In this document: piece after piece, positions 19,701 through 29,250 of the stretch
Numbering within the stretch: the first letter of the stretch is position 1
How the letters are laid out: every line of letters begins with the position of its first letter
NCBI GenBank assembly: GCA_031411295.1
Contig: JANOAV010000086.1
Span: 1-64,000, forward strand
Reading direction: 5' to 3'
Origin: Verrucomicrobiales bacterium
GTDB taxonomy: Bacteria > Verrucomicrobiota > Verrucomicrobiia > Verrucomicrobiales > V1-33
DNA length: 64,000 nt
The notes under the pieces: generated by a model
Seen by the model: only the letters and a program-made list of their open reading frames with translations
What the model was told of the DNA's origin: nothing
Databases searched by the model: none
Position numbers and translations under genes: made by a program

Positions 19701-20408
19701 TTAGATAACGCCAGCAATCATTGATGTGGTGAGGAACTCCTGTATCGCTGCTGATGATTCGGTTGCTCCAGCAACAGAAACGCCTAGCATCGTTGAATTG
19801 ATGATTCTCCGCTGGCTTTTATCCGGCGTCAGGATGCGTGCTCCGTGCAGCACCCCGGGCATGTAATGCGGGTTATCCGGTGCATTCGAGCTGTTGTTGA
19901 TGACCACGATGCGAGGGTGGTGTTCAGACCAATCCGAGATGATAGTGGTGTAACGACGAAGCATGTCTGCGCCCACGGCAAACATGGGGTTGTGTTGCTG
20001 TAGAAATTCTGCTGGAGCCAAGGCTTGCGCTTCCGCACAAGCCGAATAGTCGGCTATGAGCAGTTCGCTAGCAACTAGTGTTGGCTCGTAACCTAGCATG
20101 AGAATCGATTGATCTGGAGCCCCATCCAGATGCAGCTTGGTCGTGGTTTGCTGATCGAATCTTCCCAAGGACAGGTAATGAAGAGTGGCCTTACGGCGGG
20201 AGTAAAACATCTCGCACAGGGACGTCTTTAAAGTCACCATCTGCTCTCGCAACTGGAGTGAGGTGATTGAACCCGGCAGCCTCACGATGCAGAATCCCGG
20301 TTTGTCCAGATCATCCCGGATGACCTTTGAGTAAACTTGTTGAGTCGTTTCTACAGTGATGGCATCAGCCTCAATCCAATAATCTTTGCGTGGCCAAGGA
20401 GTTCTCAC
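19701..20408 (-). CDS. Hypothetical protein, possible 2OG/Fe(II) dioxygenase-like fold
   Basis: HLD..distal LHGA..RRII pattern; overlaps the upstream stop (GTGA). Confidence 0.6.
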   Translation of the reverse strand: MRTPWPRKDYWIEADAITVETTQQVYSKVIRDDLDKPGFCIVRLPGSITSLQLREQMVTLKTSLCEMFYSRRKATLHYLSLGRFDQQTTTKLHLDGAPDQSILMLGYEPTLVASELLIADYSACAEAQALAPAEFLQQHNPMFAVGADMLRRYTTIISDWSEHHPRIVVINNSSNAPDNPHYMPGVLHGARILTPDKSQRRIINSTMLGVSVAGATESSAAIQEFLTTSMIAGVI

Positions 20409-20899
20409 GTGTTTGACGATCGTTCGGTTTTTCTTGGCCTACCTTTGCGGGGAACGGGAGGCAGATGCAGCAAGTCGTCCTTATCTTTGGGGCGGTTGGC
20501 TGCCTTCTTGGCTTTACGTAAGTCTAACAAACTGAGGATAAAAACAGGCGTCCCCTCTGAATCATGAACGTCTTTACGGGCAAAAGCCTCGGGGAATTTC
20601 AGCCCCTTCATCCGGGTCATCATGTCAATACGAATGGGCTCGCATCCCATTTTAAAGACTTCAAATCGTTCATCCAGAAAGTCCTCAGCGGTTATCCCCA
20701 CGCTCCCAGCACCAAAGCCTTCGAGCACCCGAACCATGCGGGCTGCGTTCTCTGGGGTGGCATGAATCCAAATGTCGATATCTCCCGTGAAGCGCGGATA
20801 ACCATGCCAAGTAACCGCATAACCTCCGCCCACTAGATACTCAACTTGCTCTGCGTTCAATAACAGTATGAAGTCTTTGAAGTCGGGGTAGAGATCCAT
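20405..20899 (-). CDS. Nucleotidyltransferase-fold protein (DUF6036-like)
   Basis: VGGYAV.HGYPRFTGDID and KKAANRPKDKDD motifs. Confidence 0.85.
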   Translation of the reverse strand: MDLYPDFKDFILLLNAEQVEYLVGGGYAVTWHGYPRFTGDIDIWIHATPENAARMVRVLEGFGAGSVGITAEDFLDERFEVFKMGCEPIRIDMMTRMKGLKFPEAFARKDVHDSEGTPVFILSLLDLRKAKKAANRPKDKDDLLHLPPVPRKGRPRKTERSSNT

Positions 20900-21047
20900 C
20901 AGGTAGAAGGCGAATGCGCAACATCCGAAGGCTCTCCAGCGCCTCTAAGCGTTCACGCGGGGTGCGGTGCTGCCACGTCTGCCACCCATTGGCAGCATCC
21001 GCAGCAGCGAAGGTAGTCCGTTCAATCCGGAGGCGATCAAGTTTCAT
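20841..21047 (-). CDS. Small partner protein upstream of the nucleotidyltransferase
   Basis: W..RTPRERLEALESLR..PRLQR pattern of short proteins I associate with this NTase family; overlaps the NTase start. Confidence 0.55.
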   Translation of the reverse strand: MKLDRLRIERTTFAAADAANGWQTWQHRTPRERLEALESLRMLRIRLLPDGSLPRLQRLHTVIERRAS

Positions 21048-21117
21048 CAGGGTAGGTTGCCTCACGTCTCGTAAATTTGCACGAATTAAATTCACAATTA
21101 TTTATGCGCCAGAGCCC

Positions 21118-21253
21118 ACCAGCATTCCCGGGGTCTGAGGGCACCGGTTACTGCCGCCGTGGCCAAAGCCTAGTCGTCTGGGCCTTCAACGAAGGCCGAG
21201 GCGCAGCCCGTGAGTGTGACCGCTACCTCATGGGCGCGATGGGTCTACAGTAA
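21118..21253 (+). repeat. Third, more decayed copy of the gltD 3' end
   Basis: 21149-21253 aligns with 17180-17284; weaker similarity extends 5' (TSIPGV then stop). Confidence 0.92.
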
Positions 21254-21355
21254 CTGGGAGCGGCGTGCGTCCCGCCGCCGTTTTCATACTGCCAGCGAGC
21301 CTGAGCCAGTTCAAAAAGGACTTGTTTAGAGGCTTAATTGAATTAACCTTATCGC

Positions 21356-21580
21356 ATGAGTCGAGGAATAACCATAGATCCGGCAGTGTGCCACGGCAAA
21401 CCAGTCATCAAAGGCACGCGGGTGTTGATTCCAACCATTCTCGGCGCACTGGCTGGCGGGGATTCGCGTGTGGAGGTTGCCGAAGACTATCAACTAACCG
21501 ATGACCAAATATTGGATGCGCTCCAATTTGCGAGTGAATTGGCGGATTTTCAGGTATCAGCCTACGAGGCCGTTGCATGA
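21356..21580 (+). CDS. DUF433 family antitoxin-like protein
   Basis: ITIDPAVCHGKPVIKGTRV..DYQLT..ILDALQFA. Confidence 0.92.
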   Translation: MSRGITIDPAVCHGKPVIKGTRVLIPTILGALAGGDSRVEVAEDYQLTDDQILDALQFASELADFQVSAYEAVA

Positions 21581-21696
21581 ATTTTCTCCTTGATGAAAAT
21601 TTCCCGAATTCTACTAAATCAGTGCTGGAAGCAGCAGGGCATACGGTGCACGATTTTCGAGAGTTAGGAGTGCGTGGAGCTTGCGATGATGATTGA
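21577..21696 (+). pseudogene. Truncated DUF5615 PIN-like toxin
   Basis: ATGA-coupled ORF MNFLLDENFP..LEAAGHTV..RGACD stops after 39 codons. Confidence 0.75.
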
Positions 21697-22192
21697 AAAT
21701 TGACTCAACAGGCACCTGATGCTAGGCTTCGGGATGCCTGACCAAACACCACCGCCTTCCATTGGTCCCTTGGCTCCCATTCTGTCCCAATCTCCTGGCT
21801 TGATCAGATTCCGGGTGGATGAAGTGGAACCGGTCACGACTCCGCTTCAGATGGAACCAGTGCTTGGTTCGATGGGTAAGGTCACGGAACGCAGGATGAT
21901 GATGATTTCCTCTGATGAAACGGTATTGCCCCGGACGTCCCATCCGCTGGTGGATGATGCCCAATTCCAGGGAAAGAATATTTACCGCTCCAAACCCTGC
22001 CAGTAGTGGCGTGACTCTGCGCGTAATTTCATCCTCCATCCCTTCCTGCCCCTTTGGCATTGAGATTGGCGGAGAGACTTCGCCACTCCCAGTCCTTAAG
22101 TAATTTCCAGCGGATTTTCGCCTTGCGGCGGGTGGATTCCCTGAGCACATCAGGCATCATTTCGTTCGCGTTCCAACCCGCGTTCCATCACC

Positions 22193-25100
22193 ATGAGCCA
22201 GTCCTATCAAATTAGCCGCGCAGAGCATCGAGCGCTTCAGACAATCACTGAAGGTTGCCATATGAAAACTTACAATAGAGGCCTCACCTTGATGAAAGGA
22301 GGGAAGGTCTTGATCCTTGATGAGCAGAGCAAACCTCGAGGGTTCGGAGCCCTGGTGCTGGATCGCAAAGACGCGACTGTGGCAATTCATTTCCGAGCCA
22401 GTGGTCCCCAGGCGTTTGTTGCTTATGGTGATTGTTCGTGTCAGAAGAATCCTTCCATGGTGAGGTGTGAGCACGTGATAGCACTGGCTCTGGAATTGCT
22501 GAAGCAGGAGCCCACACCGGACATTCCCCCACCGGAAATCAAGCCAGTCAAAGCTAAAGCTGGGGCTCCTCCACTATCCCCATTCGAGGAAAAGCTCCAG
22601 CAGCATTTGCATTGCAAGCTCTCCCCGACCCTGCAACGATTAGCCCAGCGAGTGACTGAATTTTGGCAAAAGAAGCAATCCGTCATCGCCCTGAATGCCG
22701 TGGCCTCTGTATTGGAAATGCGCCTGGGGCATTGGGAAATTTACCAGGCTCCCACGGTCACGCTTTGGCCTGCGGAGCAGCCTCCGACAGAGGCCTACGA
22801 TGCCCTGCAACTCATGCTCTATGCCATCAATCAGAATCGATGGCAGTTGCCGGCCGTGTTGAAGGAATTGATCGATCCGGAGCGATTGGAAATCGTAACC
22901 CGGCCGCTCCGACGGCTCCAGGAGATTAAGCAATGGAAGCAGGTCCTGGCTGGGCTGCCGGAGGATGCCGAGCAGTTCGCCAGTCTGCCCATGATTCGGC
23001 TCTGCATCACGCCCGAAGGGGTGGGCGTAGAGTGGAAACCTCACAACGCGGAAGACTTCGTGCCGGCAAAGAACAATCCGCTGCGCGATATGGTTAAACA
23101 AGCGCTCCAGTATCCGGGCCGGGTGCCAAATCAATCGACACAGATCATCATCGATCACGTGGCGGACCGAATTAATGGACTCATTTTCTTTAAATGGGAC
23201 GAGGCTGGGTTGGCCAAATTATGCGCGCGTCTGTTGCAGTTGTCCAATGCGGAGCGGGAGGCCGTTTTGCTCATGGAGAACCATGATCCATTCCCGCTGG
23301 AGCCCGCCATGCTTCAGTGGAAACTCACGCCACCCGATGAGGAAAGCCCCGATGACGACTACCAGTTGGAGCTACTAACGGCGGCTGGAACTCCCGTGCC
23401 CGCAAAGTTGCTAACCGTTCCTGGTCATCCGGTCCGGGTCATTACGATGGACCGCATTTACCAAGTGCCCACGATGCCCTTGGAGCCAAATCCATGGAAG
23501 TGGCCACTCAGTTTAGCTCCGGAAATTATTGAGTCCAAAGAGGGGGTGAAGTTTCTCCAACTGCTCAACCTCCAACTGCCCGAATCTGTTACCAACAAGA
23601 TCCAGCGCTGTCCCGTCACCATTACCGTCCGTTGTGGAGTGCAATATCCTCATGGGCAATATCAACTGGTAGTTCAGGGCAAGGCGGATTGGGATGTGCA
23701 CGTGGCAAGTCAGTATTGGCAACAGGGGCCGCAGTGGGAGGCCATTCGCAATGCTCCAGCGCTGCCTCCGCTCGTCGGAAGGATTCTGGTGGTGGAGAGG
23801 CAGCAGTTGCCCGCCGTGGGAGCTTGGCTGGCGGAGTTGATCCCATCACCTTCCACCGGCTACGGCATCATCCTAGAGCATCAAAAAGTAGTGAACCCTC
23901 AGGCCAAAGAGTTCCCATCCAAACTGATCGAGTGGATTGCGGACTGCCCGCCCGGAGTCGTCCTGGAGTTGGATCCCGAACTCGCCAGCCTGCGGGAGGG
24001 CCAAGTCAGTGGCACCTTCCGCTTGGACTTTGCGCCTTCGGGGGTTGATTGGTTCGATTTAAAGCTCAATTTGGAAGTGAGTGAAACCTCCCTAACTGAC
24101 GATGAAATCAGCCTGCTCCTCAACGCCCGCGGTAAGTGGGTTCGCCTCAGTGGTAAAGGGTGGCGGAAGCTCGATTTCCAGCTAACTGAAGAGCAGGAAA
24201 AGGAATTGGCGGAACTGGGGTTGGTCTCCAGTGACTTCGGCAGCACGCCGGAGAAGCAACGCCTGCACGTCCTGCAACTCGCTGGATCCAAGTCCCGCAG
24301 CCTCATGAGCGATGCCAATGCCGCCATGCTCACCCGTCGCGCCAGTGAAATTCAGACCAGCGTCACCCCGCCGATTCCCAAGGCCATCAAGGCCACGCTG
24401 CGGCCGTATCAGGAAACGGGGTTTCACTTTCTGGCTTACCTCACCACGAATCGCTTCGGCGGAATTCTGGCGGACGACATGGGTCTGGGGAAGACCTTGC
24501 AAGCGCTAGCATGGCTTGCCTGGCTGCATGAAACACCGCTGGCCCCAAAAGCGAAACGCCAGCCATCACTCGTTGTCTGCCCGAAATCCGTCATGGATAA
24601 CTGGCGCACCGAGTCCGCTCGCTTCTTCCCCTCACTCAAGGTGCAGGCCTGGTCGCGCGATGCCGCCGGAGCCATCGGCACTGGTAAGACGAAACCGGAT
24701 TTGCTCATTATTCACTACCAGCAACTCCGCCAGCACGAGGAACTATTGCAAGCCCAAGGCTGGCTCGCGGTCATCTTGGACGAGGCGCAATACATTAAGA
24801 ATCCCACCTCACAGACCACAAAATCTGCCTGCGGCTTGCGCGCAGAACATCGGTTAGCAATGAGCGGCACGCCGGTGGAGAATCGCTTGTTAGACCTCTG
24901 GAGCATCATGTCCTTCGCCCAACCGGGAGCCCTCGGTAGTAAAGGATATTTCACCAAGAACTTCGATTCCAAAAGTGACAACCTAGCCCGTCGTCGCCTG
25001 GCCGCCCGCGTGCGACCATTCCTGCTCCGCCGCACGAAAAAGGAGGTCGCCAGCGATCTTCCGGACCGCACCGAGGAGGACCTCATGTGTGAAATGGACG

Positions 25101-25786
25101 GCACCCAGGCCGCGCTCTATCAGGCCGAACTCAAGCGCGCCCGCGCCATGCTGCTCAAGGCCAACACCAGCAAAGCGCTGGATGGCATGCGATTCCATAT
25201 CCTCTCCAGCCTGTTGCGGCTCCGGCAGATTTGTTGCCACCCCAGCCTCGTCGGCAGTAAGGAAAAGAATCCCGAAAGCGCCAAGCTGGACGCTCTGATG
25301 GATCTACTGGAACCCTTGATGGAAGAGGGCTACAAGGTGCTCATCTTTTCCCAGTTCGTGGAAATGCTGGAACTCATCAAGACGGAAATCTCCACCCGTG
25401 AGTGGCCGCAATTCCTCCTCACCGGGGCCACGGATGATCGCGGCCCGCTGGTGGAAAAATTCCAGGCGCACGAAGGTAACGCCGTATTCCTAATTTCTCT
25501 GAAGGCGGGTGGCGCGGGATTAAATCTGACTGCTGCCAGCTACGTCGTCCTCTTCGATCCCTGGTGGAATCCCGCCGTGGAAGCCCAAGCCATCGACCGC
25601 ACCCACCGCATTGGCCAGACGCAGAATGTCATGGCCTATCGTTTGCTAGTAAAAGACAGCATCGAAGAGAAAATCCGCCAACTCCAAAAGCAAAAAAGTG
25701 CACTGGCCGATGACGTGCTAGGGGAGGACGCTGGCAGCGCCCTAACTTTGGCTGACTTCAAATTCCTGTTGGGTGAGGCGGATTAG
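22193..25786 (+). CDS. SNF2-family helicase with N-terminal SWIM zinc finger
   Basis: CSC..CEH, LADDMGLGKT, LDEAQ, SGTPVEN, FLLRRTK, GLNLTAA and QAIDRTHRIGQ. Confidence 0.95.
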   Translation: MSQSYQISRAEHRALQTITEGCHMKTYNRGLTLMKGGKVLILDEQSKPRGFGALVLDRKDATVAIHFRASGPQAFVAYGDCSCQKNPSMVRCEHVIALALELLKQEPTPDIPPPEIKPVKAKAGAPPLSPFEEKLQQHLHCKLSPTLQRLAQRVTEFWQKKQSVIALNAVASVLEMRLGHWEIYQAPTVTLWPAEQPPTEAYDALQLMLYAINQNRWQLPAVLKELIDPERLEIVTRPLRRLQEIKQWKQVLAGLPEDAEQFASLPMIRLCITPEGVGVEWKPHNAEDFVPAKNNPLRDMVKQALQYPGRVPNQSTQIIIDHVADRINGLIFFKWDEAGLAKLCARLLQLSNAEREAVLLMENHDPFPLEPAMLQWKLTPPDEESPDDDYQLELLTAAGTPVPAKLLTVPGHPVRVITMDRIYQVPTMPLEPNPWKWPLSLAPEIIESKEGVKFLQLLNLQLPESVTNKIQRCPVTITVRCGVQYPHGQYQLVVQGKADWDVHVASQYWQQGPQWEAIRNAPALPPLVGRILVVERQQLPAVGAWLAELIPSPSTGYGIILEHQKVVNPQAKEFPSKLIEWIADCPPGVVLELDPELASLREGQVSGTFRLDFAPSGVDWFDLKLNLEVSETSLTDDEISLLLNARGKWVRLSGKGWRKLDFQLTEEQEKELAELGLVSSDFGSTPEKQRLHVLQLAGSKSRSLMSDANAAMLTRRASEIQTSVTPPIPKAIKATLRPYQETGFHFLAYLTTNRFGGILADDMGLGKTLQALAWLAWLHETPLAPKAKRQPSLVVCPKSVMDNWRTESARFFPSLKVQAWSRDAAGAIGTGKTKPDLLIIHYQQLRQHEELLQAQGWLAVILDEAQYIKNPTSQTTKSACGLRAEHRLAMSGTPVENRLLDLWSIMSFAQPGALGSKGYFTKNFDSKSDNLARRRLAARVRPFLLRRTKKEVASDLPDRTEEDLMCEMDGTQAALYQAELKRARAMLLKANTSKALDGMRFHILSSLLRLRQICCHPSLVGSKEKNPESAKLDALMDLLEPLMEEGYKVLIFSQFVEMLELIKTEISTREWPQFLLTGATDDRGPLVEKFQAHEGNAVFLISLKAGGAGLNLTAASYVVLFDPWWNPAVEAQAIDRTHRIGQTQNVMAYRLLVKDSIEEKIRQLQKQKSALADDVLGEDAGSALTLADFKFLLGEAD

Positions 25787-26160
25787 CGTAAACGATTTGA
25801 TCCCAGAACGGTAACGTGATCAGCCACGGTGCATGGAATATCTTGGTTTGATCCATTGCTGGCATCCCTACCGGGATGCGAGCATTTTGTGAATGCTACC
25901 GGGGGTATCGCTACGCTCGACCCCCGGCTAATTTCTGCGTCCCCTCCCGGGGACAACACGGTGTTACTAACGGGAGAACGCTTTCCGGTAACACTTACTG
26001 CATGCGCCGCTTCCGGTTTAGATTCTGCTGAAAACCCCATGGTTTCCGGACGCGGACTTCCGATTTCAGCGGTTGAAAATACCATGGCATTAGGCAACAT
26101 GGAGACGCCACCGATTCCCGGTTTTCCGATCCAGCAAACATCAATTGCCATTCCAACCCG

Positions 26161-26793
26161 ATGAAACCTATTCTATCAATTCTCACACTGCTCCTGCTAT
26201 CACTGCTGCCCAGCCACGCCCAGAACCAGCACGAGATGAATCAGCAGGCGGCTGCCGACTCGGAGAAGGCCGATGTGGAACTGAACAAAGTTTACAAGCA
26301 GGTTCTGGCCGCTGAGATGGATGAGGAGGCGGTCAAGCTCCTCAAGGCGGCCCAGAAGGCTTGGATTGCGTTTCGCGATGCGGAGGCCAAGCATGCGGAA
26401 GATGAGGCGCGAGGTGGCTCCATGGCTCCATTACTTTACTACAGCGCATTAGCGCGTGTAACCAGAGATCGCACCAAGCAATTGGCAGCGCAAATGACTG
26501 ACGAAGAGGTGGAGATCCCCATCGTCTTGCCCGAAGGCGGGAAAACCGCCAAGGCCGCGTGCCAAGCGTTCTTTAAAGCCTACCAAGCGCATAATCGTTC
26601 TGCGGCTACGGTGGTGGCAGTGGAACGCGCCCTCGCGAAAACCAACTGGGATCCAGTCGCAGGCAAGGATGCCAAACTGAGCTTCTCGGGCGACAACATT
26701 ATCATTTACGAAGGTGGGCACATGGAATTGAAGACGCAGAAAACAGCTCTGGGCGCATGGTTCGTGGTGGATATCGAATCGGTTGCTGATTAG
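26161..26793 (+). CDS. LprI / DUF1311 lysozyme-inhibitor-like secreted protein
   Basis: Signal peptide; ADVELNKVY..AQKAWIAFRDAE. Confidence 0.85.
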   Translation: MKPILSILTLLLLSLLPSHAQNQHEMNQQAAADSEKADVELNKVYKQVLAAEMDEEAVKLLKAAQKAWIAFRDAEAKHAEDEARGGSMAPLLYYSALARVTRDRTKQLAAQMTDEEVEIPIVLPEGGKTAKAACQAFFKAYQAHNRSAATVVAVERALAKTNWDPVAGKDAKLSFSGDNIIIYEGGHMELKTQKTALGAWFVVDIESVAD

Positions 26794-26898
26794 CGTCAAC
26801 CCTAGCAGCGGGTTCTGGTCTAAATCATCTACCTCCACTGATGACTGGGTTGGAAATTTCCGCATTGCCAGCGGGGTAATATTCCTTAGGCTCGGAGT

Positions 26899-27831
26899 AT
26901 GAAGAAATCATATCTTGGAATCTTGTCGCTCGTCTTGTGCGGGGTCTTGGCGTGGAAATTTGCAGAGTCTGGACAGTTAAAGTCCAAGCTCGCCAAATTA
27001 GAAGTGGAAGCGGCAACTTGGAAAGCGGCGGCGCAGGCCCCTGTGCCCGCAGCGGTTGCAGCCGTTTCGCCCACTGCAACCAAGGAGCAGAAGGAAGGTG
27101 ACCCCCAATCCAAGAAAGAGGAGGAGCAGGAGAAAGAGAACCCAATGAAGGCCATGGCGAAGCTCTTATCCAATGACGCTACCAAGGCGATGATGAAGAC
27201 CCAGATGAAAACCATGCTGGAGGGAATGACCAAGGATCTCTTCGAGCTGCTTCATCTAGATCCAGAGACGCAGGCAAAACTCTTGGAACTCATGGCCGCG
27301 GAGCAAGCCAAAGGCCAGGAGGTGGGCATGAGACTGGTGACAGGCGCAACCAAGGAGGAAAAGCTGGCGGCATTCAAGGAAATCGCTGATAATCACGCAG
27401 CATCACAAGCTGCTATTAAGACGTTGCTCAAGGAACCTGGGCAATTTGAGCAATACGAAAAGTATCAGGACTCGGCCACGGAGCGCATGCAGTTGACGGG
27501 CATCAAAAGCAAGTTGGCAGGGGATGGCAAGCCGCTGGATGAAACCCAGGAACAGGGGTTGCTGAATTTACTCTACAACGAACGCAAGGGCATGAAGTGG
27601 GAACGGGACTACACGAAGCAACACGAAATCACTCCGGAATACTTCGCGCAAGATGCCTTGGCCACGCTGGCAGAGCAGACTGCGGCCTACGATGCCCAAG
27701 TGGACGCGAAATTGTCCACGGTGCTGCAACCGGAACAAATCGAGTCCTTCAAAGGGCAGCGGGACCAGCAACGTGCGGCTGAGAAAATGGGCATCGAATT
27801 CATGAAGGTCATTTTTGGCGATACCAAGTAA
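26899..27831 (+). CDS. Hypothetical membrane-anchored helical protein
   Basis: 310-aa ORF with an N-terminal hydrophobic segment and upstream GGAG. Confidence 0.75.
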   Translation: MKKSYLGILSLVLCGVLAWKFAESGQLKSKLAKLEVEAATWKAAAQAPVPAAVAAVSPTATKEQKEGDPQSKKEEEQEKENPMKAMAKLLSNDATKAMMKTQMKTMLEGMTKDLFELLHLDPETQAKLLELMAAEQAKGQEVGMRLVTGATKEEKLAAFKEIADNHAASQAAIKTLLKEPGQFEQYEKYQDSATERMQLTGIKSKLAGDGKPLDETQEQGLLNLLYNERKGMKWERDYTKQHEITPEYFAQDALATLAEQTAAYDAQVDAKLSTVLQPEQIESFKGQRDQQRAAEKMGIEFMKVIFGDTK

Positions 27832-27838
27832 CGACGAC

Positions 27839-28789
27839 ATGGCGCAGAATAGTTACACGCATCCCCTGACCAAGGAGCAGGCCAGCAAACTCAAGACCTT
27901 GCTGCAGGCACGCGGTTGGGCCTTCGAAGCCAAGGAATACACGCTCTACGCCGCCCGGAAGGATAAGGTAACGGTGGCCGTATATGAGAAGGGGCCGAAG
28001 ATTCTGGTGCAAGGGAAGGGCGCGCAGGAATTCGTAGAATTTATTCTGGAACCGGAGATCACTGGCGTGGCCCAAGTGGGATATGAGCAAGTGCATCAGC
28101 CGGAAATGCTCGAGCCGCACATCGGCATTGATGAAAGCGGCAAGGGCGATTTCTACGGACCGTTGGTCATTGCGGGTGTCTATGTCAATAAGTCATCGGC
28201 TCTGGCACTTAAGCAAGCCGGGGTGCAGGACAGCAAGGCCATCACTTCCGACAAACGAATTCGTGATCTGGCCCAAATCATCCGGCAAACCCCACAGGCG
28301 CTGAATGAAGTCATCAGCATCGGTCCCGAACGCTACAATGAAGTCTATCAGAAGGCAGGAAATCTTAATCGCCTGCTAGCGTGGGGACATGCTAGAGCGA
28401 TTGAGAATCTTCTGGAACGTCAGCCTGATTGTCCCCGGGCGTTGTCGGATCAGTTCGCCCATGAATCCGTGCTGCAGAAGGCTCTTTTAACTAAAGGGAA
28501 GCAAATCATCCTGCAACAACGCACCAAAGGTGAAAGCGATATTGCCGTGGCCGCCGCTTCCATTTTGGCGCGGGAGAAATTTATCGACTGGTTGGAGGAA
28601 GCCGGACGTCGGCTGGGCGTGACCCTTCCGCGGGGCTCCAGCAGCAAGGAAGTGCTCTCGGTGGGGCTGCAACTCACGGCTACTCGCGGAGCAGAGTTTC
28701 TCCCCAAGGTGGGCAAGATGCATTTCCGCAATTCGTATCGCATCCTCGGTTTGCCGGAGCCGGAGAAAAAGGAGTGGAAGCGGAAGTAG
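27839..28789 (+). CDS. rnhC: Ribonuclease HIII
   Basis: N-terminal TBP-like domain (VYEKGPKILVQGK); IGIDESGKGDFYGPL, VQDSK, SDQF and VAAASILAR. Confidence 0.93.
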   Translation: MAQNSYTHPLTKEQASKLKTLLQARGWAFEAKEYTLYAARKDKVTVAVYEKGPKILVQGKGAQEFVEFILEPEITGVAQVGYEQVHQPEMLEPHIGIDESGKGDFYGPLVIAGVYVNKSSALALKQAGVQDSKAITSDKRIRDLAQIIRQTPQALNEVISIGPERYNEVYQKAGNLNRLLAWGHARAIENLLERQPDCPRALSDQFAHESVLQKALLTKGKQIILQQRTKGESDIAVAAASILAREKFIDWLEEAGRRLGVTLPRGSSSKEVLSVGLQLTATRGAEFLPKVGKMHFRNSYRILGLPEPEKKEWKRK

Positions 28790-28870
28790 TGGCGGCCAAG
28801 GAAGACGATTTGCGTAGAGGAATCGGCCGCATTTCGCGCGGTCCGATCAGTCTGAACAAATGACGGGAGC

Positions 28871-28898
28871 GCAGTCCAGCGGACTGCTGCCACATTCG
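28871..28898. repeat. REP-like palindrome GCAGTCC-AGC-GGACTGC
   Basis: Lies between convergent genes; recurs at 50479 (one mismatch), 50771 and 51101. Confidence 0.75.
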
Positions 28899-28899
28899 T

Positions 28900-29250
28900 T
28901 CAGCCACCCGTGGCCGTCACGGCTTTGTCTAGTTTAGCCTTCGGATGATAGAAAAGCCACAGATTCCGCGCATAGAGCACGGGCAGGAAGAAGCTTCCGA
29001 GGATGAGCGGTAGTTTATCCAAATGCAGGCAGTAGAAGAAGTTCACACAACTGCCCCAGAAGCTGAGTTGCCAGAACAATGAAGGCACGACCACTTTTCC
29101 TTTCATTTCTGAAAACAACCATTGCACCACGAATCGCGCACCAAACGTGGTCTGTCCGATGAGGCCGACGACGGTCCAGATTTTGCTGTCGATATAGAGC
29201 CATGGCACGAGCCCATCCAAGTAGGGTTGGAGCAGCCCGGGATCAGTCAT
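28900..29250 (-). CDS. Lipid A disaccharide synthase N-terminal (LAB_N) domain protein
   Basis: GLIGQ..FGARFVVQW..SE..VVVP..FW.LS..YARNL. Confidence 0.88.
   Translation of the reverse strand: MTDPGLLQPYLDGLVPWLYIDSKIWTVVGLIGQTTFGARFVVQWLFSEMKGKVVVPSLFWQLSFWGSCVNFFYCLHLDKLPLILGSFFLPVLYARNLWLFYHPKAKLDKAVTATGG

Noticed and set aside
18149..21149. Exactly 3000-bp spacing between gltD-end copies 2 and 3
   Set aside because: No mechanism is implied and copy 1 to copy 2 spacing is 969 bp; treated as coincidence.
17180..21253. gltD-end copies as DGR template/variable repeats
   Set aside because: The differences are silent third-position changes rather than adenine-specific, and there is no reverse transcriptase in the window.
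21719..22150. Overlapping ORFs of 95 aa (+) and 142 aa (-)
   Set aside because: No recognisable motifs, and I cannot decide whether either is coding.
25783..26164. ORFs of 111 aa (+) and 122 aa (-) between SNF2 and LprI
   Set aside because: No recognisable family; they overlap each other and support is weak.
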